Shown one piece after another: positions 8,073 through 16,547 of a stretch of DNA of 32,000 bases. The DNA comes from Candidatus Syntropharchaeum caldarium (GTDB taxonomy: Archaea; Halobacteriota; Syntropharchaeia; Syntropharchaeales; Syntropharchaeaceae): assembly GCA_001766815.1 (NCBI GenBank), contig LYOS01000001.1:90001-122000 (forward strand), read 5' to 3'. The notes below the pieces were generated by a model. It saw only the letters and a list, made by a program, of their open reading frames with translations. It made no database searches and had not been told where the DNA came from. Position 1 is the first letter of the stretch. Each line of letters starts with the position of its first letter. Made by a program: the position numbers and the translations under genes.

Positions 8073-9125
8073 ATGGAAATCATTGAGGGAATAAAAGTTC
8101 CAACCTACATGGAATCAAGTTTTGCCGATCTTGAATCCAAGGTGATTAACCGTGGGAAATGCTGTCTCTGCGGAGCATGCATCGCGTTCTGCCCCAGAAT
8201 TGAGGTGGTGGATGATGTTCCACAGCTTGTTGATTATGACGCACTCTGTGGGATGTGTTACACACACTGCCCACGATCTTTTCTTGATATTTCAGCGATT
8301 GAAGAGGGGTTATTTGGGGAAACCAGGACAGATGAGCTTATTGGTGTAAATAATGGGATATTTGCAGCCCGTGGAAACGATCCGACGTTAAAGAAAAGTG
8401 TACAGGACGGAGGCGCGGTCACAGCACTGATCAAATATACACTCGATAAGGGAGTGCTCGATGCCGTGGTTGCAACGGGATTGAGTGATGATGCACCATG
8501 GAAGCCTGTGCCTGTTGTGCTGACCGATTCTTCAGATGTTATCAAGGTTGCAGGCTCAAAGTACTCGCTCTCGCCAACTATCGTTGGGGTAAAGGAGGCG
8601 ATAGATGAGGGGTTTGAGAAGATCGGAGTTGTCGGACTTCCCTGTAATATCCAGGCATTGAGAAATATTCAGGTATCAAAAGAGCCATACCAGATCGGGA
8701 TCGAGAAAGTCAAGCTCATGATAGGGCTTTTCTGCATGGAAAACTTCAGATACGATGACCTGATGACTAGGTTTGTGAAGAAGGTTCTGAAGGTGAATCT
8801 TGAGGATGTTGTGAAGTTTGAGATGCGTGAGGGCAGCTTCTGGGTGACAACTGGTGATACGACATACTCTGTTCTGATAAAAGAACTCGATAAGTATGCA
8901 GCAGAGGGATGCAGGTACTGCAGGGATTTTACAGCAGAACTTTCAGATATCTCGATCGGTTCGGTTGGTTCGGATCATGGCTGGTCAACCGTGATAAGGA
9001 GAAGTGAAGCTGGTACAAGGATCTTTGAGGATGCAATCATAGATGGCTATCTTGAGGTTGCAAATATCGCAGGTACAGATTTGATCAAAGGTCTTTCAAG
9101 GTATAAGAAGGAGAAAGCAAAATGA
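8073..9125 (+). CDS. Coenzyme F420 hydrogenase/dehydrogenase beta-subunit family protein (FrhB/FpoF-like) with an N-terminal 2x[4Fe-4S] ferredoxin motif
   Basis: The N-terminus has CCLCGACIAFCP and CGMCYTHCP. The body has GGAVTAL, KYSLSP, GLPCNIQALR, GLFCMENF, and a C-terminal CRYCRDFTAELSDISIGSVG typical of the FrhB family. An ATGA overlap links it to porG. Confidence 0.8.
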   Translation: MEIIEGIKVPTYMESSFADLESKVINRGKCCLCGACIAFCPRIEVVDDVPQLVDYDALCGMCYTHCPRSFLDISAIEEGLFGETRTDELIGVNNGIFAARGNDPTLKKSVQDGGAVTALIKYTLDKGVLDAVVATGLSDDAPWKPVPVVLTDSSDVIKVAGSKYSLSPTIVGVKEAIDEGFEKIGVVGLPCNIQALRNIQVSKEPYQIGIEKVKLMIGLFCMENFRYDDLMTRFVKKVLKVNLEDVVKFEMREGSFWVTTGDTTYSVLIKELDKYAAEGCRYCRDFTAELSDISIGSVGSDHGWSTVIRRSEAGTRIFEDAIIDGYLEVANIAGTDLIKGLSRYKKEKAK

Positions 9126-9673
9126 AAGAACTCAGAATTCATGGACGGGGTGGTCAGGGATCTGTTACTGCTGCAGAACTTCTTGCGATCGCTGCGTTCA
9201 GGGACAGAAAGTATTCACAGGCGTTTCCAGCTTTTGGTGCTGAGCGAAGGGGTGCACCTGTGATGGCGTTTTTGAGAATAGATGATGCACCGATCAGGAT
9301 CAAATCACAGGTCTATGAGCCAGATTACGTGATGGTGCAGGATGCAAGTCTTATCGGGGTTGTTGATTTTATGAGCGGACTCAAAGAAGGTGGTATTCTC
9401 CTCATAAACACACCAAAATCACCCGAAGAGCTTGGATTGGATGGTAATTTCACAGTGAGGACGATCAACGCAACGGCAATCGCAAAGGAGATGATCGGAA
9501 GACCGATCGTGAATACAACGATGATGGGTGCGTTTGCCGGTGTGACCGGTGCTGTTAGTCTTCATGCAGTGATACACGCAGTCAAAGAGAGATTCAGTGG
9601 CGCTGCAGGTGAGAATAATGTAAAGGCGATCAAATATGCTTATGATTTAAAGAGCAGGGAGGGATCTTCATGA
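9122..9673 (+). CDS. porG: Pyruvate (2-oxoacid):ferredoxin oxidoreductase gamma subunit
   Basis: 183 aa beginning MKELRIHGRGGQGSVTAAELLA, which is characteristic of POR/VOR gamma subunits. Confidence 0.9.
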   Translation: MKELRIHGRGGQGSVTAAELLAIAAFRDRKYSQAFPAFGAERRGAPVMAFLRIDDAPIRIKSQVYEPDYVMVQDASLIGVVDFMSGLKEGGILLINTPKSPEELGLDGNFTVRTINATAIAKEMIGRPIVNTTMMGAFAGVTGAVSLHAVIHAVKERFSGAAGENNVKAIKYAYDLKSREGSS

Positions 9674-9930
9674 AATTGAGGATCGGTGCGATAGCAGACC
9701 CTGGAACGAGTGTTGTAAATCTAACCGGGGGATGGCGAACCGAAGCGCCGAGAATTGAGCAGACACTCTGCATCAGATGTTTCAACTGCGTTATATACTG
9801 CCCTGAATCAGCGGTTCATTACAGCGAGGAGAGGGGCATTGAGTTTGATTATGATTATTGCAAGGGTTGTGGGATCTGTGCAAATGAATGTTCAGGACGT
9901 GCGATCTATATGGAGATGGAGGAGAAATAA
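9670..9930 (+). CDS. porD: Pyruvate:ferredoxin oxidoreductase delta subunit (2x[4Fe-4S])
   Basis: 86 aa with CIRCFNCVIYCP and CKGCGICANEC. Confidence 0.9.
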   Translation: MKLRIGAIADPGTSVVNLTGGWRTEAPRIEQTLCIRCFNCVIYCPESAVHYSEERGIEFDYDYCKGCGICANECSGRAIYMEMEEK

Positions 9931-11094
9931 ATGCAGGTTGTTGAAGGATCTTATGCCATTGCACATGCGGTTAAACGTTGCAGACCAGGTGTAATCTCTG
10001 CATATCCGATCACTCCACAGACGCATATCGTCGAGGATCTGGCGCAGTTTGTAGCAGATGGGGAACTTGAGTGTGAGTTTGTACCTGTTGACTCTGAGCA
10101 CTCCGCGATGTCTGTCGCACTCGGTGCATCTGCCGTAGGGGCGAGGGCGTACTCTGCATCGACATCACAGGGACTCGCGCTTATGTGGGAGGTCCTGTAC
10201 AACGTCTCAGGGATGCGGCTCCCTGTTGTTATGACCGCGGTGAACCGTGCAATGTCAGCACCGCTTAGCATCTGGAACGATCAGCAGGATACGATCGGTG
10301 CAAGGGATTCAGGCTGGATTCAGATCTATGCTGAAGACATACAGGAGGCACATGATGCAATGATTCAGGGTTACAAAATTGCTGAGAGTAAGGATGTGAT
10401 GCTCCCGCTGATGGTCTGCGCAGATGGATTTATCCTGACACACACCTATGAACCTGTTGTACTTGCTGAGCAGATCGAGGTAGATGACTTTCTTCCACCC
10501 TATGAGCCCGAATATTTCTTAAGCGTCGATAATCCATTGAGCTTCGGGTGCTTTGCAGAACCTGATAAGTACATGGAATTCAGGTACATGCAGCATGAGG
10601 CGATGGATCGTGCCCGAATAAGGATCAAAGAGGTTGCAGATGAGTTTGATAAAGCGTTCGGGCGTTATTATGGTGGTTTGATCGAGGGATACAACCTTGA
10701 TGGCGCAGAGATTGTACTTCTCACATTTGGCTCGATAATCGGGACAATAAAAGAAGTCGTTGATCGTGAAAAGAACGTCGGAATCCTCAAAATCAGAAGT
10801 TACCGACCATTCCCTGCGGATGAGATCAGGGATGCATTGAAGGATGCGAAGGTTGTTGCTGTTATTGAGAAGGACTTCTCAGCAGGGTTTGAGGGGGCGC
10901 TATTTACAGATGTTAAGGCAGCACTCTACAACCACAACAGCGATCTGAAAATGCTTGGATTTGTGGTTGGGCTTGGTGGCAGGGATGTCAGGGCTGATGA
11001 CATTCTTGAGATCATTAAACGCTCAAAATCGGCAATGGACGGTGGTATAACTGATGAATGGCAGTTTATAGGATTGAGAGGTGAGCTACTATGA
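9931..11094 (+). CDS. porA: Pyruvate:ferredoxin oxidoreductase alpha subunit
   Basis: 387 aa, with GSYAIAHAVKRCRPGVISAYPITPQT and a SASTSQGLALM-type motif. Confidence 0.92.
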   Translation: MQVVEGSYAIAHAVKRCRPGVISAYPITPQTHIVEDLAQFVADGELECEFVPVDSEHSAMSVALGASAVGARAYSASTSQGLALMWEVLYNVSGMRLPVVMTAVNRAMSAPLSIWNDQQDTIGARDSGWIQIYAEDIQEAHDAMIQGYKIAESKDVMLPLMVCADGFILTHTYEPVVLAEQIEVDDFLPPYEPEYFLSVDNPLSFGCFAEPDKYMEFRYMQHEAMDRARIRIKEVADEFDKAFGRYYGGLIEGYNLDGAEIVLLTFGSIIGTIKEVVDREKNVGILKIRSYRPFPADEIRDALKDAKVVAVIEKDFSAGFEGALFTDVKAALYNHNSDLKMLGFVVGLGGRDVRADDILEIIKRSKSAMDGGITDEWQFIGLRGELL

Positions 11095-11981
11095 AGAACC
11101 TCTTTGCAAGCGGGCATCGCGCCTGTGCAGGCTGTGGAATGGCAATCGCGATCAAACTCATACTTGAGGCAACGGGTGAGAACGTCTTTGTGGCATCGCC
11201 GACGGGATGTCTTGAGATCGTGTCAAGTCCATACCCCGAGACAAGCTGGAGGGTCCCATGGATCCACTCGCTCTTCGAGAATGCAGCATCGGTTGCATCA
11301 GGGATAGAGGCAGGACTCAAGGCACTCGGGAGAAAAGATGAAGGGAAGGTACTGGCCATCGGAGGAGATGGTGGCACGGCTGATATCGGCATGGGTGCAC
11401 TATCAGGGATGCTTGAGCGTGGACATGATGTTACCTATATCTGCTATGACAATGAGGCATACATGAATACAGGTGTCCAGCGAAGCAGTATGACCCCGAT
11501 CGGTGCATCTGCAACGACAACGCCTGCTGGAAAAGTCTCTTATGGGGAGATTCACCCAAAAAAAGATCTTGTATCGATCGCTGTTTCCCATAATGTCAGG
11601 TATGTCGCAAGTGCATCGGTCGGATTTGCTATGGATCTCATGGAGAAGGTGAAACGAGCGGTAGATCATGATGGGCCATCATTTATACATCTTCACACAA
11701 GCTGCTGCACGGGCTGGAGGCATCCAAGCTCAAAGACGATTGAGATATCGAGGCTCGCGGTTTTAACCGGTCTAATACCGCTATATGAGGTTGTTGATGG
11801 TGAGGTCGTGAATGTTAAGAGACTGGCGAAACGACTGCCTGTCGAGGACTACCTGAAAACACAGGGCAGGTTCTCACACCTCTTCAAGACCGATGAAGGG
11901 GCAGAGTTGATACGCCAGATCCAGGCAATGGCGGACAGAAACGCCGAGCAGTATGGTCTTGATCTTGACATAGAGGAATGA
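11091..11981 (+). CDS. porB: Pyruvate:ferredoxin oxidoreductase beta subunit (TPP-binding)
   Basis: 296 aa, with GHRACAGCG, the TPP motif GGDGGTADIGMGALSG and YICYDNEAYMNTG. Confidence 0.92.
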   Translation: MKNLFASGHRACAGCGMAIAIKLILEATGENVFVASPTGCLEIVSSPYPETSWRVPWIHSLFENAASVASGIEAGLKALGRKDEGKVLAIGGDGGTADIGMGALSGMLERGHDVTYICYDNEAYMNTGVQRSSMTPIGASATTTPAGKVSYGEIHPKKDLVSIAVSHNVRYVASASVGFAMDLMEKVKRAVDHDGPSFIHLHTSCCTGWRHPSSKTIEISRLAVLTGLIPLYEVVDGEVVNVKRLAKRLPVEDYLKTQGRFSHLFKTDEGAELIRQIQAMADRNAEQYGLDLDIEE

Positions 11982-12982
11982 AACCAAGACTTATCTGTTT
12001 TGACCTTGAAGGACCTCTCTCCCCACAGGATAATGCCTACGAGGTGATCTCGTTAATTCCCGGTGGGAGGGAGTTCTTTGAGGTGATAAGCAGATATGAT
12101 GACCTCCTCACACTTGAAGAACGGGAGGGATATGAACCTGGTGATACACTCGCTTTAATCGCTCCGTTCTTAATTTACCATCGTATAACCCCTGAGGATA
12201 TTTACAACGTCTCATCCACCGCCAGAATCGTTGATGGTGCAGCTGAGCTCATAACTCATTTGAGAGAGGAGGGATGGAACATCAGGATCATCTCAACCTC
12301 ATACAGTGAACATGCTTACAATATCGGTGCTAAGTTAGGTGTTCCACCAGAGGATATTGCCTGCACCGAGCTTGATCTTGAAAGAATAGCCTCCGATCTT
12401 GGAGAAGATGAGCTTGAGCTAATCGCTGATTTCTGGGTAGTGATTCAGGAAAAAAAGGATGATGAAGATTCTATAATGGAACTTCTTGACCGATTTTTCT
12501 TCAAGATCCTTCCAGACACCCGATATGGCAATCCACTGGATCGCGTGAAGGTTATCGGGGGATCAAGGAAAGTTGATGCTGCAAGAAAGTTTGCAAAAGA
12601 CCTTGGTTTAACGCTTGGGGAGATCATGGTGGTGGGCGATAGCATAACAGACTTCAAGATGCTCGCTGCTGTGCGGGATGCGGGTGGCGTTGCCGTAGCG
12701 TTTAATGCAAATATGTATGCACTTCCCTACGCAAACTTCGCACTTGCAACGTACGATATGCGGGCTTTAGATCTTCTATGTTGTGAATTTCCTGATAAGA
12801 GTGAGATGATCAAAATTGCATCAAACTGGGGGAAGATAAGCAAAGAATTTAAAGGTGTGGATTTAACAGCATCCCAGCTACATTATTTAAGCAAGCATGA
12901 TGATAATCTCTTAAAAGAGGTTGCATCGATTCACGCCGAATTTCGTAAAGCGGTTCGTGGTAGAGCGTCGATCCTGGGGTGA
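11978..12982 (+). CDS. HAD-superfamily protein, EhaR-like (energy-converting hydrogenase A subunit R family)
   Basis: The sequence is MKPRLICFDLEGPLSPQDNAYEV (HAD motif I-like) ... VVGDSITDFKML (motif III/IV). The resemblance to the EhaR family is from memory. An ATGA overlap links it to porB. Confidence 0.55.
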   Translation: MKPRLICFDLEGPLSPQDNAYEVISLIPGGREFFEVISRYDDLLTLEEREGYEPGDTLALIAPFLIYHRITPEDIYNVSSTARIVDGAAELITHLREEGWNIRIISTSYSEHAYNIGAKLGVPPEDIACTELDLERIASDLGEDELELIADFWVVIQEKKDDEDSIMELLDRFFFKILPDTRYGNPLDRVKVIGGSRKVDAARKFAKDLGLTLGEIMVVGDSITDFKMLAAVRDAGGVAVAFNANMYALPYANFALATYDMRALDLLCCEFPDKSEMIKIASNWGKISKEFKGVDLTASQLHYLSKHDDNLLKEVASIHAEFRKAVRGRASILG

Positions 12983-12988
12983 TTTAAG

Positions 12989-13807
12989 ATGAAGAAAAGA
13001 TATGTCATTCTTATCATATTTATCGTTCTTGTACTAATTTCAGCCGCTATTACTGCGGTTTACTTCTCGATCACCGATGATCTGAGCTTTACGGGGGAAC
13101 GGGTTGAGGTGATATATGTTGATGGAACTCTTTTAACAGGTGATATACCGCCAGGGTTTGGTTATGCAGGTTCTGAGAACATCTGCAATGAACTCAGGGC
13201 GGCAGAGAGGGATGACGCTGTAAAAGCGATCGTTATCAGGATAAATAGCCCGGGTGGAACCCCTGCAGCAGCCCAGGAGATTGTAACCGAGATAAAACGT
13301 ATCGATAAGCCGATCGTGGTCTCGATGGCGGATGTTGCAGCCTCTGGTGCATACTACATCGCTGCTCCTTCAGACTGGATCGTGGCAAACCCTGATACCG
13401 TTACAGGTAGTATCGGTGTGATCTGGGTATTTGAAAACCGTGAAGGTGAGTACAGGGAAGAAGGAATAAATTACACAGTTGTGAAGTCAGGTGATATGAA
13501 GGATATGGGTGCACCATGGCGTAACTTAACCGATGGTGAGCTTGATTACGCAAATGAGATGGTGACAGATGCATTTGAGCGTTTTGTTGAGGAGGTTGCA
13601 GCCGGGCGTAACATGACGATAGACGAAGTAAAAAACCTCTCAGATGGGAGGGTTTATCTTGGCGCTGATGCAAAGGAGCTTGGGCTTGTAGATCAACTTG
13701 GAAACCTCTATGATGCGATTGAGGTTGCAGGCAAGCTTGGCGGGATCGAGGGTGAGCCCAGGGTTGAGTATGCCAATAAGCTGGATGTCATGGATATTTT
13801 GTTTTAG
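12989..13807 (+). CDS. sppA: Signal peptide peptidase SppA, 36K type (S49)
   Basis: It has an N-terminal TM helix. Motifs are AIVIRINSPGGTPAAAQEI, AASGAYYIA, TGSIGV and LGLVDQLG. Confidence 0.88.
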   Translation: MKKRYVILIIFIVLVLISAAITAVYFSITDDLSFTGERVEVIYVDGTLLTGDIPPGFGYAGSENICNELRAAERDDAVKAIVIRINSPGGTPAAAQEIVTEIKRIDKPIVVSMADVAASGAYYIAAPSDWIVANPDTVTGSIGVIWVFENREGEYREEGINYTVVKSGDMKDMGAPWRNLTDGELDYANEMVTDAFERFVEEVAAGRNMTIDEVKNLSDGRVYLGADAKELGLVDQLGNLYDAIEVAGKLGGIEGEPRVEYANKLDVMDILF

Positions 13808-13902
13808 AGAGTTTTTACGGATAACTTTCCGAAGCCAGACACGCTTCTCTTAGCGGTCCGAGTGTAGATTTTTTAATGAGTGCGAAAATGAAAAAGTTTT
13901 TT
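13808..13902 (+). terminator. T-rich terminator region after sppA
   Basis: T5 at 13812-13816, T6 at 13869-13874 and T6 at 13897-13902 in a 185-nt non-coding spacer. Confidence 0.3.
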
Positions 13903-13940
13903 GAGGATCTGGGCTGTTTTACCTGTTGTGAAAGTCATAT

Positions 13941-13960
13941 CGAAAAATCTATATATATAG
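13941..13960 (+). promoter_or_regulatory. BRE/TATA promoter of the phosphatase gene
   Basis: 'cgaaaaatctatatatatag' ends about 32 nt upstream of the GTG at 13993. A GGGGGA SD-like element lies at 13982-13987. Confidence 0.45.
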
Positions 13961-13992
13961 TTTCGAAGTAAAATTGTCTATGGGGGATTCCT

Positions 13993-14796
13993 GTGGAAAA
14001 ATATGTCGTATTTACTGATCTGGACGGAACACTGATTGATGCAGAGACGTATTCGTATGAAATGGCGCTACCTGCGATAACACTGCTCAAAGAGCGGCAC
14101 GTCCCAATCGTATTTTGCACAAGCAAGACCAGAGCTGAGATTGAAGTCTATAGGAAAAAACTTGAAATAAAAGACCCGTTTATACCCGAGAATGGCGGGG
14201 CGATATTCATACCAGAAAATTATTTTGATTTTGATTTTGAGTACACAAAGAAGGTTGATGGATACAAAGTTATCGAATTGGGAACTGAGTACGCGATACT
14301 TCGGAAAACATTAAAAGCGATAAGTTCAAGTACAGGATGTGAGATCATTGGATTTGGAGATATGAGTGCAGAAGAGATTTCACAATATTCTAATCTCGAT
14401 ATTGAGAGTGCAAAGCTCGCAAAGATGCGTGAATACGATGAGGCATTTCTGATACAGGGTGGAGAGAACTGTGTTGACCTGGTTCTGGATGAAATCCAGC
14501 GATCAGGATTGGGATATACTGTTGGTGGGCGATTTTACCACATAATAGGTGATAACGACAAAGGAGTGGCAACAAGACAGCTGATTGAGCTATTCTCTCG
14601 TCGAGGACCAGTTAAGACGATCGGGCTTGGAGATAGTCTCAACGATCTACCGATGCTGAGGGAAGTTGATCTTCCGTTCCTTGTCAAGAAGCCAGATGGT
14701 TCGTATGATCCGATGGTCTCATTCAATGGTCTGAAAAAAGCAAGGGGAATTGGTCCCAAGGGATGGAACATTACGATTAAAGAGATACTTGGATGA
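13993..14796 (+). CDS. HAD-IIB mannosyl-/glucosyl-3-phosphoglycerate phosphatase (MpgP/GpgP family)
   Basis: The sequence is (GTG)EKYVVFTDLDGTLIDAETYSYE...VFCTSKTRAE...GLGDSLNDLPML. This matches the YedP/MpgP subfamily pattern. Confidence 0.8.
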   Translation: MEKYVVFTDLDGTLIDAETYSYEMALPAITLLKERHVPIVFCTSKTRAEIEVYRKKLEIKDPFIPENGGAIFIPENYFDFDFEYTKKVDGYKVIELGTEYAILRKTLKAISSSTGCEIIGFGDMSAEEISQYSNLDIESAKLAKMREYDEAFLIQGGENCVDLVLDEIQRSGLGYTVGGRFYHIIGDNDKGVATRQLIELFSRRGPVKTIGLGDSLNDLPMLREVDLPFLVKKPDGSYDPMVSFNGLKKARGIGPKGWNITIKEILG

Positions 14797-14822
14797 ATAA
14801 GAGCGAGGAGATGTTATAAAAT

Positions 14823-15332
14823 ATGCTTACAAGGCGAAATGCACCAGCATGGGCATTTATAGCGGGTATGATTGAGGTTGTAAACGAGTACGGTGCTCAA
14901 AAGCTTAAGAAGTGGCTTGAATTGATTGGTGTGCGGCTCGCAGAGCTTGAAGGACCCGGGGTGGAGGGAAAGGTGAAATATGAAATGAATTATTCTCTGA
15001 GCTGCCCACTATATGCGATATTTGAGATACCAGCGACATTTGAAACGCTTCCCAGCGAAGAGAATGGATATATCGATCTTGAGTTGTTAAAGGGTGAACG
15101 ACCAGAGGAAGAAGCCGCTGCTTCGAGTGTCTTCTGCATAATGCATCATGCCCATAGAATAAAGCGTGCTGAACTGGCCGGTAAGAAGTTTTATCATCTG
15201 GCATCAAGGATGAGCGCATCTGATGAACCTGTCTTCAACGATGCGGCAATCGAAATGCTTGGGATTGATAAGAAGGATGTTAAAGCTTTACTCGATGAAG
15301 GAGCATTCTGTATTTTCAAATATACTGATTGA
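14823..15332 (+). CDS. Hypothetical protein (169 aa), possibly a V4R-like Cys-containing small-ligand domain
   Basis: Family not recognised. Cys/His positions (SCPLY, FCIMHHAH, C-terminal GAFCIFKY) are reminiscent of V4R domains. The gene lies between the phosphatase and GH15 genes. Confidence 0.5.
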   Translation: MLTRRNAPAWAFIAGMIEVVNEYGAQKLKKWLELIGVRLAELEGPGVEGKVKYEMNYSLSCPLYAIFEIPATFETLPSEENGYIDLELLKGERPEEEAAASSVFCIMHHAHRIKRAELAGKKFYHLASRMSASDEPVFNDAAIEMLGIDKKDVKALLDEGAFCIFKYTD

Positions 15333-15343
15333 GGGGTATACTT

Positions 15344-16543
15344 ATGGACCTGAAAAAGGCAAAAGACCTGTGGTATGGAAGTATGAAGGTCATACGTGAG
15401 AATCAACACCCAAACGGGGGATTCTATGCATCACCACCCGGTACGAGATACCCTTTCATATATACACGGGATCACTCAGTCATCATCCTCGGGGCACTTG
15501 CCGCGAACATGATCGACGAGGCGGAGCGAGCATTGCGTTTCATGTTACCAATACAGAAGCCTTCTGGGGAGTATTCACAGCGGTATGATGTGGAAGGTAA
15601 TGATGCCTCGTACAAAGACCTTCAGATCGACGGAAACGGGCTTATACTCTATGCAACAGGGAAGTACTTTCAGCTCACACGGGATGAGGATCTGTGCAGA
15701 GAGTACTGGTGGGCGATAAAGAAAGCTGTTGAGTTCATCTTATCACACAAGAACAATGAGATTGACCTGATACACACAATCAACAGCATTCATGAGTTCC
15801 CTGCATTTGAGCATGGTTTCGAGATCTATGCAAACTCAGCCTGCTGTGCTGGCATCTTTGAGGCGGTTAAGATCGGGGAGGCGATCGGTGAAGATGTTTC
15901 TGGCTGGAAGGAAGAGGCTGAAAAGGTGAAAGCAAGTATTTTCCACCGGCTCTACAGTCCGCGTCTTCGGACGTTCATAAAGACGATCAGGGTGCGGGAC
16001 AGACACAGCGAACCGCTTGGTTATGATCCGTTTGCATCTACAGTAACAGATCCAGATGTGGTTGAGTATGCGCCCGCCTATTTTGGACTGATCCCTGATG
16101 ATGATATAAAGATACTCAACACCGTAAAGCGATTGCATGATAATCTGTGGGATGAGGAACTCGATGGCTTGAACCGATATCCTGAGAGCTGGAATCGGAA
16201 CAATGGTGGTTACGGACCCTGGCTTCACTTCACATGTCAGCTTGCAAAGCACTACTGCGAGGTCGGAAAGGATGATATAGCAGAGATGTATCTTGGCTGG
16301 TGTGTAGATATGGCACATGATTATCAGTTCCCTGAACATATCTCAACGATTGAACGTTTTGAGGAGTGGCTTGAGAGTTATCAGAACGCAAAAATTTTAC
16401 AGGATAGCAAGCTTGTGATGATAGAACGAATAAAAAGCCATCCAAAATGGAAAGATGGCCTTGCGTATGTTACATCACCGCTTATATGGCCTCATGCAGA
16501 GTATCTGAGGGCATATAAGAGTTATTCCATGTATTTTCTTTAG
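15344..16543 (+). CDS. GH15-like (alpha/alpha)6-barrel glycoside hydrolase (glucoamylase/trehalase family)
   Basis: The sequence reads NQHPNGGFYASPPGTRYPFIYTRDHS..., then LQIDGNG, YGPWLHFT and IWPHAEYL. The ATG at 15344 follows a GAGGGG SD. The track start at 15329 is a TTG. Confidence 0.7.
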   Translation: MDLKKAKDLWYGSMKVIRENQHPNGGFYASPPGTRYPFIYTRDHSVIILGALAANMIDEAERALRFMLPIQKPSGEYSQRYDVEGNDASYKDLQIDGNGLILYATGKYFQLTRDEDLCREYWWAIKKAVEFILSHKNNEIDLIHTINSIHEFPAFEHGFEIYANSACCAGIFEAVKIGEAIGEDVSGWKEEAEKVKASIFHRLYSPRLRTFIKTIRVRDRHSEPLGYDPFASTVTDPDVVEYAPAYFGLIPDDDIKILNTVKRLHDNLWDEELDGLNRYPESWNRNNGGYGPWLHFTCQLAKHYCEVGKDDIAEMYLGWCVDMAHDYQFPEHISTIERFEEWLESYQNAKILQDSKLVMIERIKSHPKWKDGLAYVTSPLIWPHAEYLRAYKSYSMYFL

Positions 16544-16547
16544 AAGT

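Noticed and set aside
14221-14240. Short tandem 'attttg' repeat
   Set aside because: It lies inside the phosphatase CDS and simply encodes YFDFDFEY. It is not a CRISPR array, a microsatellite locus or a regulatory repeat.
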